Of a stretch of DNA of 64,000 nucleotides, positions 31,169-40,991 are shown piece by piece (positions within the stretch are counted from its first letter, which is position 1; each line of letters begins with the position of its first letter). Below the pieces are notes generated by a model, which was not told where the DNA came from, did no database searches, and was given only the letters and a program-made list of their open reading frames with translations. The stretch lies in contig JAEWYS010000015.1 in assembly GCA_023458555.1 (NCBI GenBank), forward strand, positions 123,011-187,010, written 5' to 3'. Position numbers and translations under genes: made by a program. The stretch is from Bacteroidota bacterium (GTDB taxonomy: Bacteria; Bacteroidota; Bacteroidia; Cytophagales; Cytophagaceae).

Positions 31169-32152
31169 CTATCCTTCGTATAGCAGGTTGCATCCCCGGA
31201 TCTCCGAATTGTCCAGTCGTCCCAGTACTCTAAATCCTTCCGGTGTACAGATACCAATATCTTCGGTTTCTATAAAGCAGCAGCTGTCGATATTGGCAAG
31301 ATCCGCCACTTTGATTACTCCGCTTCGTATTCCGGTATTGTCACAAAAAGGATCATTGATCTCTCTGGTCATTATTTTCATCCAGGGTGGCGTGAGGAAA
31401 AAGCCATTGTTGCTGGAATATGCCTGCGACAATAATTCAGTCATACCGTATTCGGAATGTATTTTACTCAGCTGGAAATTTTCTAATAACGTCTGATGCA
31501 GTTCTTCTTTTGTCAGCTCTTTTCTACGCCCCTTCATGCCACCGGTTTCGATAAGGGTTATGTCCGGAAGCGATAGTCCGGTTTCTGCCAGATCCAGCAA
31601 TGCGTATGCTACCCCAAAAAGGAATACTTTACGAGATGTTTGGGCTGCTTGTCTTAATGTTTCCAGAAGCCCATCAGTTGATTTTATAAATCCCGACAAA
31701 GGAGAGTGGCTTTTCCGGATGAAATAATTGATCATATAAATCAGCGAGGAATGAGGATTCTCCTGATATGAGGGTAATAGCGCGAGAATTATAGTATTAT
31801 CAAGATCGGAATAAAACTGCTGGAATACTTTTTCAGATACCCGGAGATACCAGTCCGGGTCTGCGATGTAGTGAGTGCTGCGTTGCATTCCGGTAGTGCC
31901 GCTGCTCAGGAATTTTGTCTGTACTAGCGGGGTTCCTGAAAGTACGCTGTGGGTTTTAAAAAATGAAATTGGCAGAAAAGGTATCTGCTCCGGATGACTA
32001 ATTGTGACCGGGTCAATGCTGAGTGATTGAAGATATTGGCTGTATACCGGATTTTTGGCAGCCTGCCATCGGAAAATTTCCATAGCCATCTGCGAAAATG
32101 CACTATGACTCAGGTTTAGTATCTGATTTTTATAACTATTTGCCGGACTCAT
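31169..32152 (-). CDS. LuxE-like acyl-protein synthetase / adenylate-forming (ANL-type) enzyme
   Basis: 327 aa. FLSSGTTG nucleotide-binding loop, ...ETGGMKG..., ...SEYGMTEL..., as in the LuxE/PaaK-related family. Confidence 0.72.
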   Translation of the reverse strand: MSPANSYKNQILNLSHSAFSQMAMEIFRWQAAKNPVYSQYLQSLSIDPVTISHPEQIPFLPISFFKTHSVLSGTPLVQTKFLSSGTTGMQRSTHYIADPDWYLRVSEKVFQQFYSDLDNTIILALLPSYQENPHSSLIYMINYFIRKSHSPLSGFIKSTDGLLETLRQAAQTSRKVFLFGVAYALLDLAETGLSLPDITLIETGGMKGRRKELTKEELHQTLLENFQLSKIHSEYGMTELLSQAYSSNNGFFLTPPWMKIMTREINDPFCDNTGIRSGVIKVADLANIDSCCFIETEDIGICTPEGFRVLGRLDNSEIRGCNLLYEG

Positions 32153-32180
32153 CTGTTTTCAATTGATAAATTTTTGCAGG

Positions 32181-32837
32181 ATGCGTTTTACCGGAATTAT
32201 ATTTTACGTTATCATCTTTATTCTGGGTTGTGACAGGGCTCCGGAATACCCTGCACGACCAACGATCCGGTTTGAAAAGATCCGGCGTTTTGTTATTATG
32301 AATCCCTATACACTCAGTCAAACAGACTCCATAATCATTACAGTACAGTTTGAAGACGGGGATGGAGACCTTGGCCTTTCCGATCAGGACGTATATTACC
32401 CATATCAGCCGTATGATTTTGTACTGGATGATGACGGCAATATACTAAAATTATCATCAAGCGGAGGATCGGAAAGTTATAATCCATGTTATTACATAAT
32501 CGGAAATTACGCAGGAACGAATTCCGGAATTGATACCTTCCGGGTAAATTACAACCCTGATCATTTTAATTTTTTTGCAGATATGTGGATTAAGGAAGGA
32601 GCTGTCTTTAAACGATATGATACCTGTTACTCGCCGCTGAACGGACGTTTTCCGTTATTGTCGCCCAGAAACTACGAAGGGCCGATTGACGGAGAACTTT
32701 CATTTACCATTTCTGATCAGCCCTGGCTTGCTGAAATTCTCAACGGTAAAATCGTAAAATTTCAAATCTATATTCAGGACAGAGCGCTTCATAAAAGTAA
32801 TGTGGTTGAGACTTCCGAAATTCAGTTCAGGTACTGA
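32181..32837 (+). CDS. hypothetical lipoprotein
   Basis: The ORF opens at TTG 32163. ATG 32181 gives MRFTGIIFYVIIFILGCD, a lipoprotein signal with lipobox Cys. Acidic EDGDGDLGLSDQD segment. No recognised domain. Confidence 0.55.
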   Translation: MRFTGIIFYVIIFILGCDRAPEYPARPTIRFEKIRRFVIMNPYTLSQTDSIIITVQFEDGDGDLGLSDQDVYYPYQPYDFVLDDDGNILKLSSSGGSESYNPCYYIIGNYAGTNSGIDTFRVNYNPDHFNFFADMWIKEGAVFKRYDTCYSPLNGRFPLLSPRNYEGPIDGELSFTISDQPWLAEILNGKIVKFQIYIQDRALHKSNVVETSEIQFRY

Positions 32838-32895
32838 TTTTTAGCAAAAAAATAGCTAACTTGAATCTGATTCCTATTAAAACAGCCTTACAACA

Positions 32896-34821
32896 TTGTC
32901 CATTTCTCAGGATATTATAGAGACTATAAAGCAATCGGCTTCCATTGAAGAAGTCATTGGTGATTTTGTCAGTCTGAAAAAGAAAGGGCATTATTATTTA
33001 GGATGCTGTCCTTTTCATGATGAAAAAACACCTTCTTTTACTGTAACTCCGGCTAAAGGGATATTCAAATGTTTTGGCTGTGGAAAAGCAGGCGACTCTA
33101 TTCAGTTTCTGATGGAGCTGGAGGGCCTGAATTATCCGGAAGCATTGAAGTATCTGGCGGCCAAATATGGTATTGAGGTTCAGGAAACTGTTTCTCCCGA
33201 AGCTATTGCCCAACAGACAGAGAAGGAAAGCTTACTTATTGTTCTTTCCTACGCGTCTCAGTATTATGAGGATCTTCTATGGAATTCGGATGAAGGCAAA
33301 TCTATTGGCTTAAGCTATTTTAAGGAACGCGGTTTTAATCAGGATACGATACGGAAGTTTGGTCTGGGATTTAGCCGGGAGAGCTGGGATGGTTTGACCA
33401 AAAGCGCACTGGATAACGGATATTCGAAAGAGTTTCTGCTAAAAGCAGGCCTTAGCCTGGAAAATGCGGATAGTAACAGTCTTTATGACCGGTTCAGAGG
33501 GAGAGTTATTTTTCCTATCCATAATCTTACCGGAAAGCCTATAGGATTTGGAGCCCGGATACTTAAAGCGGATAAAAAACAGCCGAAATATCTTAATAGT
33601 CCGGAAACCGAAGTATATCATAAAAGTAAGGTTCTATACGGACTTTACCAGGCCAAGCAGGCTATAAGGCATGAGGACAATTGTTTTCTGGTAGAAGGCT
33701 ATACAGATGTAATATCCTTGTATCAGGGTGGGATACATAATGTAGTGGCTTCGTCCGGAACATCACTGACGGAAGATCAGATTAAGCTTATTCACCGGTA
33801 TACGAATAATATCACTGTTCTTTATGACGGAGATGTGGCAGGGTTGAAAGCCTCAATGAGAGGTATTGACCTTATTCTGGCTCAGGGTATGGACGTGAAG
33901 GTGGTTGCGTTTCCGGATGGCGAAGACCCGGATAGCTATGTTCGCAAGATAGGGGGGGATGCCTTTAAAAACTATGTACACCAGAATGCCAGGGACTTTA
34001 TAACCTATAAGACAGAGCTGGCTCTGCTGGAAGCAGGCAACGATCCGATTAAAAAAGCATCGGTAATCAGGGATATTGTAGAAAGTATTGCCAGAATTCC
34101 GGATTCTATCAAGCGAGCTGTCTTTTTTCAGCAATGTAGCCAGCTTTTAAATATTGCCGAGGATATTCTGATTGCCGAGTACAATAAGATTCAGCTGAAA
34201 GACCGGAAAAAGGATGAAGAAAACCGTCAGCAGGCGGATGTGTCTGTTTCAGAATTTTCCCAGACCACTGTCAATGAGAAGAGTTCTGTAAAGAAAGATC
34301 TGTATTCTTCTGCAGTAGAGATGCAGGAAAAAGAAATTGTCAGATTGTTGCTGAAGTTTGGAAATGAGCAGTTTGATACAACAAATTTTGCATCGTACGT
34401 ATTATCCGAAATAGAAGATCTGACCTTTTCTATTCCGATATACCGGCGTCTTCTTGAGCTGATCAGAGAAGACTTTGACGAGCTTGGGGTTATTCGGGAG
34501 CAAAAATTTTTTTCCCACCCGGATGAAGAAGTCCGTTCCGAGGCAATTGCCCTTATTACTTCACGCTATGCGATCAGTGAAAAATGGACAAAATATGAAA
34601 TATTTGTTCCGACGGACGAAGAGATTTTACCTAATTTGGGATTTCTTACGATCCTTCGACTGAAGTTTCGAAGCATCAAGTACATGATCCGGGAAAATAT
34701 GCAGGAAATCAAAAATGCGGAAGCTGACAATAAAGATGTCATGACATTGCTGCAGGTGCATAAACAGCTTAAGGAAGCCGAAAAAGAAATTGCATCCATG
34801 CTTGGTATTGTGATTTCATGA
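32896..34821 (+). CDS. dnaG: DNA primase
   Basis: Zinc-ribbon CPFHDEKTPSFTV...CFGCG, TOPRIM region (...LVEGYTDVISL..., ...LYDGDVAG...). 641 aa, TTG start. Confidence 0.95.
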   Translation: MSISQDIIETIKQSASIEEVIGDFVSLKKKGHYYLGCCPFHDEKTPSFTVTPAKGIFKCFGCGKAGDSIQFLMELEGLNYPEALKYLAAKYGIEVQETVSPEAIAQQTEKESLLIVLSYASQYYEDLLWNSDEGKSIGLSYFKERGFNQDTIRKFGLGFSRESWDGLTKSALDNGYSKEFLLKAGLSLENADSNSLYDRFRGRVIFPIHNLTGKPIGFGARILKADKKQPKYLNSPETEVYHKSKVLYGLYQAKQAIRHEDNCFLVEGYTDVISLYQGGIHNVVASSGTSLTEDQIKLIHRYTNNITVLYDGDVAGLKASMRGIDLILAQGMDVKVVAFPDGEDPDSYVRKIGGDAFKNYVHQNARDFITYKTELALLEAGNDPIKKASVIRDIVESIARIPDSIKRAVFFQQCSQLLNIAEDILIAEYNKIQLKDRKKDEENRQQADVSVSEFSQTTVNEKSSVKKDLYSSAVEMQEKEIVRLLLKFGNEQFDTTNFASYVLSEIEDLTFSIPIYRRLLELIREDFDELGVIREQKFFSHPDEEVRSEAIALITSRYAISEKWTKYEIFVPTDEEILPNLGFLTILRLKFRSIKYMIRENMQEIKNAEADNKDVMTLLQVHKQLKEAEKEIASMLGIVIS

Positions 34822-34879
34822 AAAGTGGTATTTTATTCCTCCAATAATACATTTATCTTGTAAAAATTTTTATGAAAGG

Positions 34880-36007
34880 ATGAATATTGCTGTTAATACC
34901 AGATTGCTATTGAAAGACAGGCTGGAAGGGATTGGATGGTTTACATATGAAACACTTAAAAGAATAACTCAACAGCACAAAGAGCATATTTTTTATTTTT
35001 TGTTTGACAGAAAGTTTGATGAAGATTTTATCTTTTCAGACAATATAGTTCCTATGGTGGTGTCGCCTCAGGCAAGGCATCCGTTTTTGTATGCTACCTG
35101 GTTTGATATATCTGTACCAATGGCTCTGAGGAAGGTGAAGCCGGATCTGTTTCTTAGTCCTGACGGGATGCTTTCTCTTACGACCGGCTATAAGTCGCTG
35201 CCGGTAATCCATGATTTAAATTTTGAGCATTTCCCAAATGATCTGCCCAGACTGACCCAATTGTATTATCATCATTATTTCCCCCGGTTTGCCCGTAAAG
35301 CCAGACGTATAGCCACGGTTTCAGAGTTTAGCCGGGAAGATATTGTCAGAATATATGGTATTGACAGGGAAAGAATCGATGTGGTTTATAATGGTGCCAA
35401 TGAGTTTTATCAGCCGATATTGCCTGCCAGGCAAATACAGACGCGGACCATCTATGCAAAAGGATGTCCGTATTTCCTTTTTGTAGGAGCACTTCATCCA
35501 AGAAAGAATCTGGCGAATCTTTTTTACGCCTTTGATGCTTACAAGAAATCGACAGGGCTGGATACCAAACTGATGATTGTGGGGCAAAAAAAATGGTGGA
35601 CGGAAGATATCAAGAAAGCCTATAAATCCATGGAGCATAAAAAGGAAGTAATATTTACAGGAAGACTTTCTACGATAGAGCTTCGCAATGTAATAGCTTC
35701 AGCTCTCGCCATGGTTTATGTGTCGGTGTTTGAGGGTTTTGGTATTCCAGTGCTTGAAGCAATGTATTGTGACACCCCGGTTATTACCAGTAATGTATCA
35801 TCTATGCCGGAAGTAGGTGGTGACGCGGTCGTTACTGTAAATCCTTTTTCAATTGACAGTATCAGAGAGGGCTTGCAGAAAGTAGCGCTTGATCCGGCAC
35901 TTCGAAGTAGTCTGATAGCAAAAGGGAGAATACGGAAAGAATGTTTTTCCTGGCAAAAAACTGCTGATAAATTATGGCACTCGATTGAACTGGCTGTTGA
36001 ATCCTGA
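34880..36007 (+). CDS. GT4-family glycosyltransferase
   Basis: C-terminal FEGFGIPVLEAMYCDTPVITS (E-x7-E motif). 375 aa. Confidence 0.87.
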   Translation: MNIAVNTRLLLKDRLEGIGWFTYETLKRITQQHKEHIFYFLFDRKFDEDFIFSDNIVPMVVSPQARHPFLYATWFDISVPMALRKVKPDLFLSPDGMLSLTTGYKSLPVIHDLNFEHFPNDLPRLTQLYYHHYFPRFARKARRIATVSEFSREDIVRIYGIDRERIDVVYNGANEFYQPILPARQIQTRTIYAKGCPYFLFVGALHPRKNLANLFYAFDAYKKSTGLDTKLMIVGQKKWWTEDIKKAYKSMEHKKEVIFTGRLSTIELRNVIASALAMVYVSVFEGFGIPVLEAMYCDTPVITSNVSSMPEVGGDAVVTVNPFSIDSIREGLQKVALDPALRSSLIAKGRIRKECFSWQKTADKLWHSIELAVES

Positions 36008-36066
36008 TAAAGGTAAAAGGCAGAGAGCCTGTTTGTGCAAGCACGGGCTCGCTGCCTCATTTTATC

Positions 36067-37638
36067 TTACAGGACTATCAGCTCTACTTTTCTGGAAGAG
36101 TTTCCGGTTACTTTATTGTACATATCGCCATAGCCTACAGCTTTTAACCGTTCCGGGCTTATACCCTTTGATGAAAGATAGCTGCGGATGCTTTCTGCTT
36201 CCTGCTGAGTCCGGTTGTTATGATAAATCAGGCTGACTTCATTTACAATGACGGTATCTACCAATGGAATGCTTTCGTCATTGGCTGTTCTTCTTAATAT
36301 TTTAGTTTTAATACTTACAGTTGAGTCTACTTCTGTCAGATCATCCCGCTGAATGGTATCTTTTTGAATACTTTTAGTATGGACAGCGATTTCCAGAGAT
36401 ATTTCAGGATTGTCTTTGAGTGTTTTGACAATTTTATCCAGTTCTCCCTTGCCTAATTTTATCCCGGCTCCGGGTGTGAAATCAACTCGGGAAAGCTCCA
36501 TCGTATTTCCGGCTTTTAGTGATGTCAGACCAATAAACTCAGGGGCAGGTGTGGAGTTGGTGAAAATCAGTGTTTCATGGAAATAACCCTTAGCCATTGG
36601 AAGTATAGTGACCTCGTAAGTATCGTTACCCGAAAGTACGGTTTTAAACTTGCCGGAGCTTCCTTCTGTATATAATTCATTAATAATTGCCGGATTATCG
36701 GGGGTACTAATCTGAATTTTGGCAGCGATAGTTTTCGGGCTGTTCTTTTCATTTACTGTACTATGAAGCACCAGATGCTTTTGAGGGAGAAAGTTTTCAG
36801 ACAGCTTAATCTTAAAAAGATCATCTTTGTCGTGTTCTGTTGCTGTTATGATTGCATACTCACCTTTTTCAGGGATACTTATATAAAGATCGTCTTTTTC
36901 AGTGTTGACAAAAGATAAAGGAGTCGGGGAAGACCATTGTCCATCTGCCTGTAAAACACTTTTATAAAGATCAAAGCCGCCTTTTCCCTTTTCACGGGCA
37001 GATGCAAAAACTAATGTTCGGTTATCAGATAAGATTTTGGGAGAGCATTCGCATCCGGTATTTATCGGTGAAGGCAGGGTCACAGGCTCACTCCAGGTAT
37101 TTGCCTTGAGCTCACTGATCATGATTGTACCACACTCTATTCCTGAGGGACTTTTTTTTCCGTTAAGACGTACAAAGTATAGCTTTTTGTCGTCGGCGCT
37201 TATGGACGGACTTATTTCGGGGGCAGTTGAATTGACCGGTTTGGCAAGATTGACAGGCGGGGTCCACTTATCACCTTGTTTTCTGGACATCCAGATATCA
37301 GAATTGCCAACTCCGCCATATCTGGCAGAGGAGAAAAAGATAACGGAACCGTCGTAGTTCAGGTTCCAGTCCTTATCATTGGTTGTTTTGTTGTAAAGTC
37401 CGGAAAGCTCTTCGGGGCGGCTCCACATTGATGCAGCCTGTCTTGTGATGACAGGGTATAACCTTTCATCTCCGTAATCCGTTTCAAAGACCATATACTT
37501 GCCGTTGCCGCTTATCGAAGGATTACGATCATTGCTCAGGGGGTTATTGACCGGGCGTCCCAGATTGATTTTACTTTGAGAATGAGCCTGAATAAAAGCG
37601 GCCAGCAACAGAGTTGAAAAAAAAAACTTATTTATCAT
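36067..37638 (-). CDS. PD40/TolB-like beta-propeller repeat protein with C-terminal OmpA-like domain
   Basis: Signal peptide. Repeated PD40-like motifs (NPSISGNGKYMVFETD, LNYDGSVIFFSSAR, SPSISADDKKLYFVR, SPKILSDNRTLVFASAR). C-terminus ...AESIRSYLSSKGISPERLKAVGYGD is OmpA-like. Confidence 0.78.
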   Translation of the reverse strand: MINKFFFSTLLLAAFIQAHSQSKINLGRPVNNPLSNDRNPSISGNGKYMVFETDYGDERLYPVITRQAASMWSRPEELSGLYNKTTNDKDWNLNYDGSVIFFSSARYGGVGNSDIWMSRKQGDKWTPPVNLAKPVNSTAPEISPSISADDKKLYFVRLNGKKSPSGIECGTIMISELKANTWSEPVTLPSPINTGCECSPKILSDNRTLVFASAREKGKGGFDLYKSVLQADGQWSSPTPLSFVNTEKDDLYISIPEKGEYAIITATEHDKDDLFKIKLSENFLPQKHLVLHSTVNEKNSPKTIAAKIQISTPDNPAIINELYTEGSSGKFKTVLSGNDTYEVTILPMAKGYFHETLIFTNSTPAPEFIGLTSLKAGNTMELSRVDFTPGAGIKLGKGELDKIVKTLKDNPEISLEIAVHTKSIQKDTIQRDDLTEVDSTVSIKTKILRRTANDESIPLVDTVIVNEVSLIYHNNRTQQEAESIRSYLSSKGISPERLKAVGYGDMYNKVTGNSSRKVELIVL

Positions 37639-37784
37639 GATACAAATTCAGAAATATTAAACAAGTACAGGTGTTTGAGAGTAAATCTATTTTATTGGAA
37701 TTTTTAATATAAAAAAATATTGTAGTTTCTTTGCACAAGTCTACGATTATTTTTACTCGAAAGTTAACTTTTAGTTTCTAAATT

Positions 37785-39689
37785 GTGGCAAGAAAAAGAA
37801 CAAGTACTACAACTGTTAAAAGTAAAAGCAGTGTAACCACGAATCCGAATTCAGTGAAGAAGATGAATCTGCAGGAACAACCAGATGAAAACTTTTTAAT
37901 AGAAGTTGCCTGGGAAGTATGTAATCAGGTTGGCGGTATTTATACCGTTATTCGTTCAAAAGTACCTTCGACAGGTGATAAATGGGATGGAAATTATTTA
38001 TTGCTGGGTCCTTACTTTCATGGGAAGGCTTCTGCTGAATTTGAACCGGTATATTCCATAGATCCGGATGATCCTATCGGAAAGGTTGTCGGAAGGATGA
38101 GGGATCAGGGATTTGAGGTGTATTATGGTTACTGGCTGGTTTCCGGCCGGCCTAAGGTTGTATTATTTAACCCATTTAATGTCTATCCAAGACTCGGGGA
38201 AATCAAGTATCTGTTGTGGGCAGATCATGATATATCGTTGCCTGATGGTGATGACTTGCTGAATCAGGTAGTGGCGTTTGGTTTCATGGTGAAGACCTTT
38301 CTCAAGGAATTAGTTGCAGAGCAGACGTTCAATAAGAGAATTGTAACTCATTTTCATGAATGGATGGTCGGAACGGTCATTCCGGATATACGAAAGGATA
38401 ATCTTCCGATTACAACTGTATTTACCACACATGCTACTTTGCTCGGTCGTTATCTGGCCATGAACGATCACGAGTTTTATGAGCATCTGCCTTTTTATGA
38501 CTGGAATGCAGAAGCGAAAAACTTCAATATTGAGGCGATGGTCAGGATTGAAAGATCAGCAGCTCACGGATCTCATGTATTTACAACAGTAAGTGATGTG
38601 ACGGGAAGGGAGTGTAAGTATTTGCTGGGACGAGAAGTGGATCTGGTATTGCCCAACGGGTTGAATATTGAGCGTTTTACAGCGCTTCATGAATTTCAGA
38701 ATCTTCATCTACAATATAAAGAGCAAATTCATGAATTTGTAATGGGGCACTTTTTCCAGAGTTACTCGTTTGATCTTGATAAGACTCTTTACTTTTTTAC
38801 TTCCGGCCGGTATGAATACCGAAATAAAGGCTATGATCTGACACTTGAAGCATTGGCCCGTCTTAACTGGAAGATGAAAGAGGCGGGAATCGATACAACT
38901 GTTGTAATGTTTTTCATTACAAAGCAACCGTTTTCCACCATCAATCCCAAAGTGTTGCAGTCTCGTGCCGTAATGGAAGAAATACGGGAAACCTGTGAGG
39001 CAATCGAAAAGCAGGTTGGTAATCGTCTGTTCTGCGCTGCAGCAGAAAGTAATGACGGAAAACTGCCTGATTTGAATATTTATGTTGATGAGTACTGGAA
39101 ACTACGGTTACGCAGAACGCTGCTCTCCTGGAAATCACAGGAGTTGCCTATTGTGGTTACACATAACCTGTACCATGATGATACGGATGAAATACTAAAC
39201 TTTATTCGTTCTGCTAATCTGGTTAATAATGCGCACGACAGAGTTAAGATGGTTTATCACCCTGACTTTATTTCTCCGACAAATCCTTTGTTTGGTATGG
39301 AGTACGGACAATTTGTGCGTGGATGTAATCTTGGAATATTCCCCAGTTATTATGAGCCATGGGGATATACACCGCTTGAATGTATGGCCAGTGGGGTACC
39401 TGCTGTAACCAGTGATTTGTCGGGTTTTGGGGATTATGTAATCAAGAATGTAGAAAACCCTGAGAAAAAAGGTATATATGTGGTGAAACGTGTAGATGAT
39501 AACTTTTATTCTTCTGCCGAGCAACTGGCAGAAATGTTGTTTTCATTTGTCAGGATGTCCAGAAGAGATCGCATTCAGCAACGTAATCTTGTAGAAAACT
39601 CATCAGAGGATTTTGACTGGCAGAATCTTACTAAATATTATGACGAAGCATACAGGCTGGCTTTCGAACGTATTGGCTGGACAGAATGA
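37785..39689 (+). CDS. GT3-type (animal/fungal-like) glycogen synthase
   Basis: LIEVAWEVCNQVGGIYTVIRSK near the N-terminus and ...FPSYYEPWGYTPLECMASGVPAVTSDLSGFG... near the C-terminus are GT3 glycogen synthase hallmarks. The ORF opens at GTG 37785. The first ATG is at 37863. Confidence 0.87.
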   Translation: MARKRTSTTTVKSKSSVTTNPNSVKKMNLQEQPDENFLIEVAWEVCNQVGGIYTVIRSKVPSTGDKWDGNYLLLGPYFHGKASAEFEPVYSIDPDDPIGKVVGRMRDQGFEVYYGYWLVSGRPKVVLFNPFNVYPRLGEIKYLLWADHDISLPDGDDLLNQVVAFGFMVKTFLKELVAEQTFNKRIVTHFHEWMVGTVIPDIRKDNLPITTVFTTHATLLGRYLAMNDHEFYEHLPFYDWNAEAKNFNIEAMVRIERSAAHGSHVFTTVSDVTGRECKYLLGREVDLVLPNGLNIERFTALHEFQNLHLQYKEQIHEFVMGHFFQSYSFDLDKTLYFFTSGRYEYRNKGYDLTLEALARLNWKMKEAGIDTTVVMFFITKQPFSTINPKVLQSRAVMEEIRETCEAIEKQVGNRLFCAAAESNDGKLPDLNIYVDEYWKLRLRRTLLSWKSQELPIVVTHNLYHDDTDEILNFIRSANLVNNAHDRVKMVYHPDFISPTNPLFGMEYGQFVRGCNLGIFPSYYEPWGYTPLECMASGVPAVTSDLSGFGDYVIKNVENPEKKGIYVVKRVDDNFYSSAEQLAEMLFSFVRMSRRDRIQQRNLVENSSEDFDWQNLTKYYDEAYRLAFERIGWTE

Positions 39690-39732
39690 CAGACAAGACA
39701 GGGCAGATAAGTTATAACAATAATTACATGAA

Positions 39733-39757
39733 AGCCGGGATTAGCCCCCGGTTTTTT
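39733..39757 (+). terminator. possible terminator of the glycogen synthase gene
   Basis: gccggg-atta-gcccccggt short GC stem followed by TTTTTTCTTTTT. It overlaps the 3' end of the convergent gene. Confidence 0.45.
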
Positions 39758-40988
39758 CTTTTTCAGGGTTATCAGAGAAAGGAAAGGTTTGTGACAGCAG
39801 GGTCGTAAAAAAGACAAAAAAAACAATTCCTTTGTTCTTTTCCAGCATGGATTCTGTCAGGCAGCATATTGCAAATAATACGATTAGTATCATGTGCAGG
39901 CGATTGGTCCCCTGCCATAACGGTGCTAATAATATAAAAAGCAGAACCAACAAGCCCACTATTCCGGAGCTTAACCAGGTTTGCAGATATTGATTATGGG
40001 CATTGTAACTTCGCTCATATAATGCAGGACTCCAGCTATGTTGCTGATAACAGTTATTAAGACTTTCCTGAGCATCACCAGCTCCGACCCCGGTCAGCCA
40101 GTGTTGACTAATAATTTCTTTGCTGCATAATAATTGGGCGATTCTCAGATTTACCGAGTTGAAATGAATATCTACCGGGGGCTTAAAGGCAGTATTGCTT
40201 ATTTCGGAAATCCGGCTTTTGAGAAGAGGAGTCCGGAGAGAGAAATAACCAACAAAACCGATGAGAGTCAAAAGGCCGAGAGAGAACAGCCAGCCATAGC
40301 GAACTTTTAACAAAACACCGGTTGCCATTGCAAAGGTTATTATAAGTAAAGCCAATAAAGGCATTCTGGCTCCGGTCATCAGGATGAGTACGAATAAAAT
40401 CAGTAGTGTAATAAATAGTAACGCTTTGGAGAATCCGGAGCCGGTTAAGCTCAATTTAAATGCAATGATTGCGAAAGCAAAGACTGTATACATTGCAAGA
40501 TAACTGGGATGTAACTGCACGTACTGCACAGCTGTTTCCCGAAAAAAATAACTGAGGTCCGTGGTCGTATTGTAAGTAGTGAAATACTGATAGAAGAGCC
40601 AGCTGAATGAAAGCAGTACTCCGGTTACAAAACAGGAAAGAATGTGCCTGATATGCGGTCTGATACAGGAGAGAGCCGGAATCACCGCTAAGGGAACCAA
40701 TAGCAGGCTTAGATGCTTTTCCAGGATAAATCCTCCATACGATTTGTTGGATGACCATAGAATTGATATTGCATAAATTACAAACAGAGCTGTCAGTGAA
40801 AGAAGTATACTATTACGACTATTTTTTCTTAAATCATGCAGATAGCCTTTGCGAAAAATAAGCAGGGCGGCGCTAGTTACCAGTAAGATATTGGAAAATT
40901 TCAGGGAGAAGGGAAGCGTCAAAGCAAACAGATAAAGAACTCCAAGGCTTAATTTCCATTGATAAAAGGAAATTACATTCTTATTCAT
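39741..40988 (-). CDS. O-antigen ligase/polymerase-family (Wzy_C-type) membrane protein
   Basis: 415 aa, about 10-12 TM segments, with the family loop motif ...SYNAHNQYLQTWLSSGIVGLL... Confidence 0.68.
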   Translation of the reverse strand: MNKNVISFYQWKLSLGVLYLFALTLPFSLKFSNILLVTSAALLIFRKGYLHDLRKNSRNSILLSLTALFVIYAISILWSSNKSYGGFILEKHLSLLLVPLAVIPALSCIRPHIRHILSCFVTGVLLSFSWLFYQYFTTYNTTTDLSYFFRETAVQYVQLHPSYLAMYTVFAFAIIAFKLSLTGSGFSKALLFITLLILFVLILMTGARMPLLALLIITFAMATGVLLKVRYGWLFSLGLLTLIGFVGYFSLRTPLLKSRISEISNTAFKPPVDIHFNSVNLRIAQLLCSKEIISQHWLTGVGAGDAQESLNNCYQQHSWSPALYERSYNAHNQYLQTWLSSGIVGLLVLLFILLAPLWQGTNRLHMILIVLFAICCLTESMLEKNKGIVFFVFFTTLLSQTFPFSDNPEKEKTGG

Positions 40989-40991
40989 TGC

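Noticed and set aside
36067-39689. The PD40-OmpA protein and glycogen synthase as functional members of the surface-glycan cluster.
   Set aside because: They interrupt the run of GT4/Wzy/Wzx genes, but they have separate orientations, their own spacers and a terminator. Their known family functions (envelope anchoring, cytoplasmic glycogen synthesis) do not require a link. Adjacency alone is insufficient.
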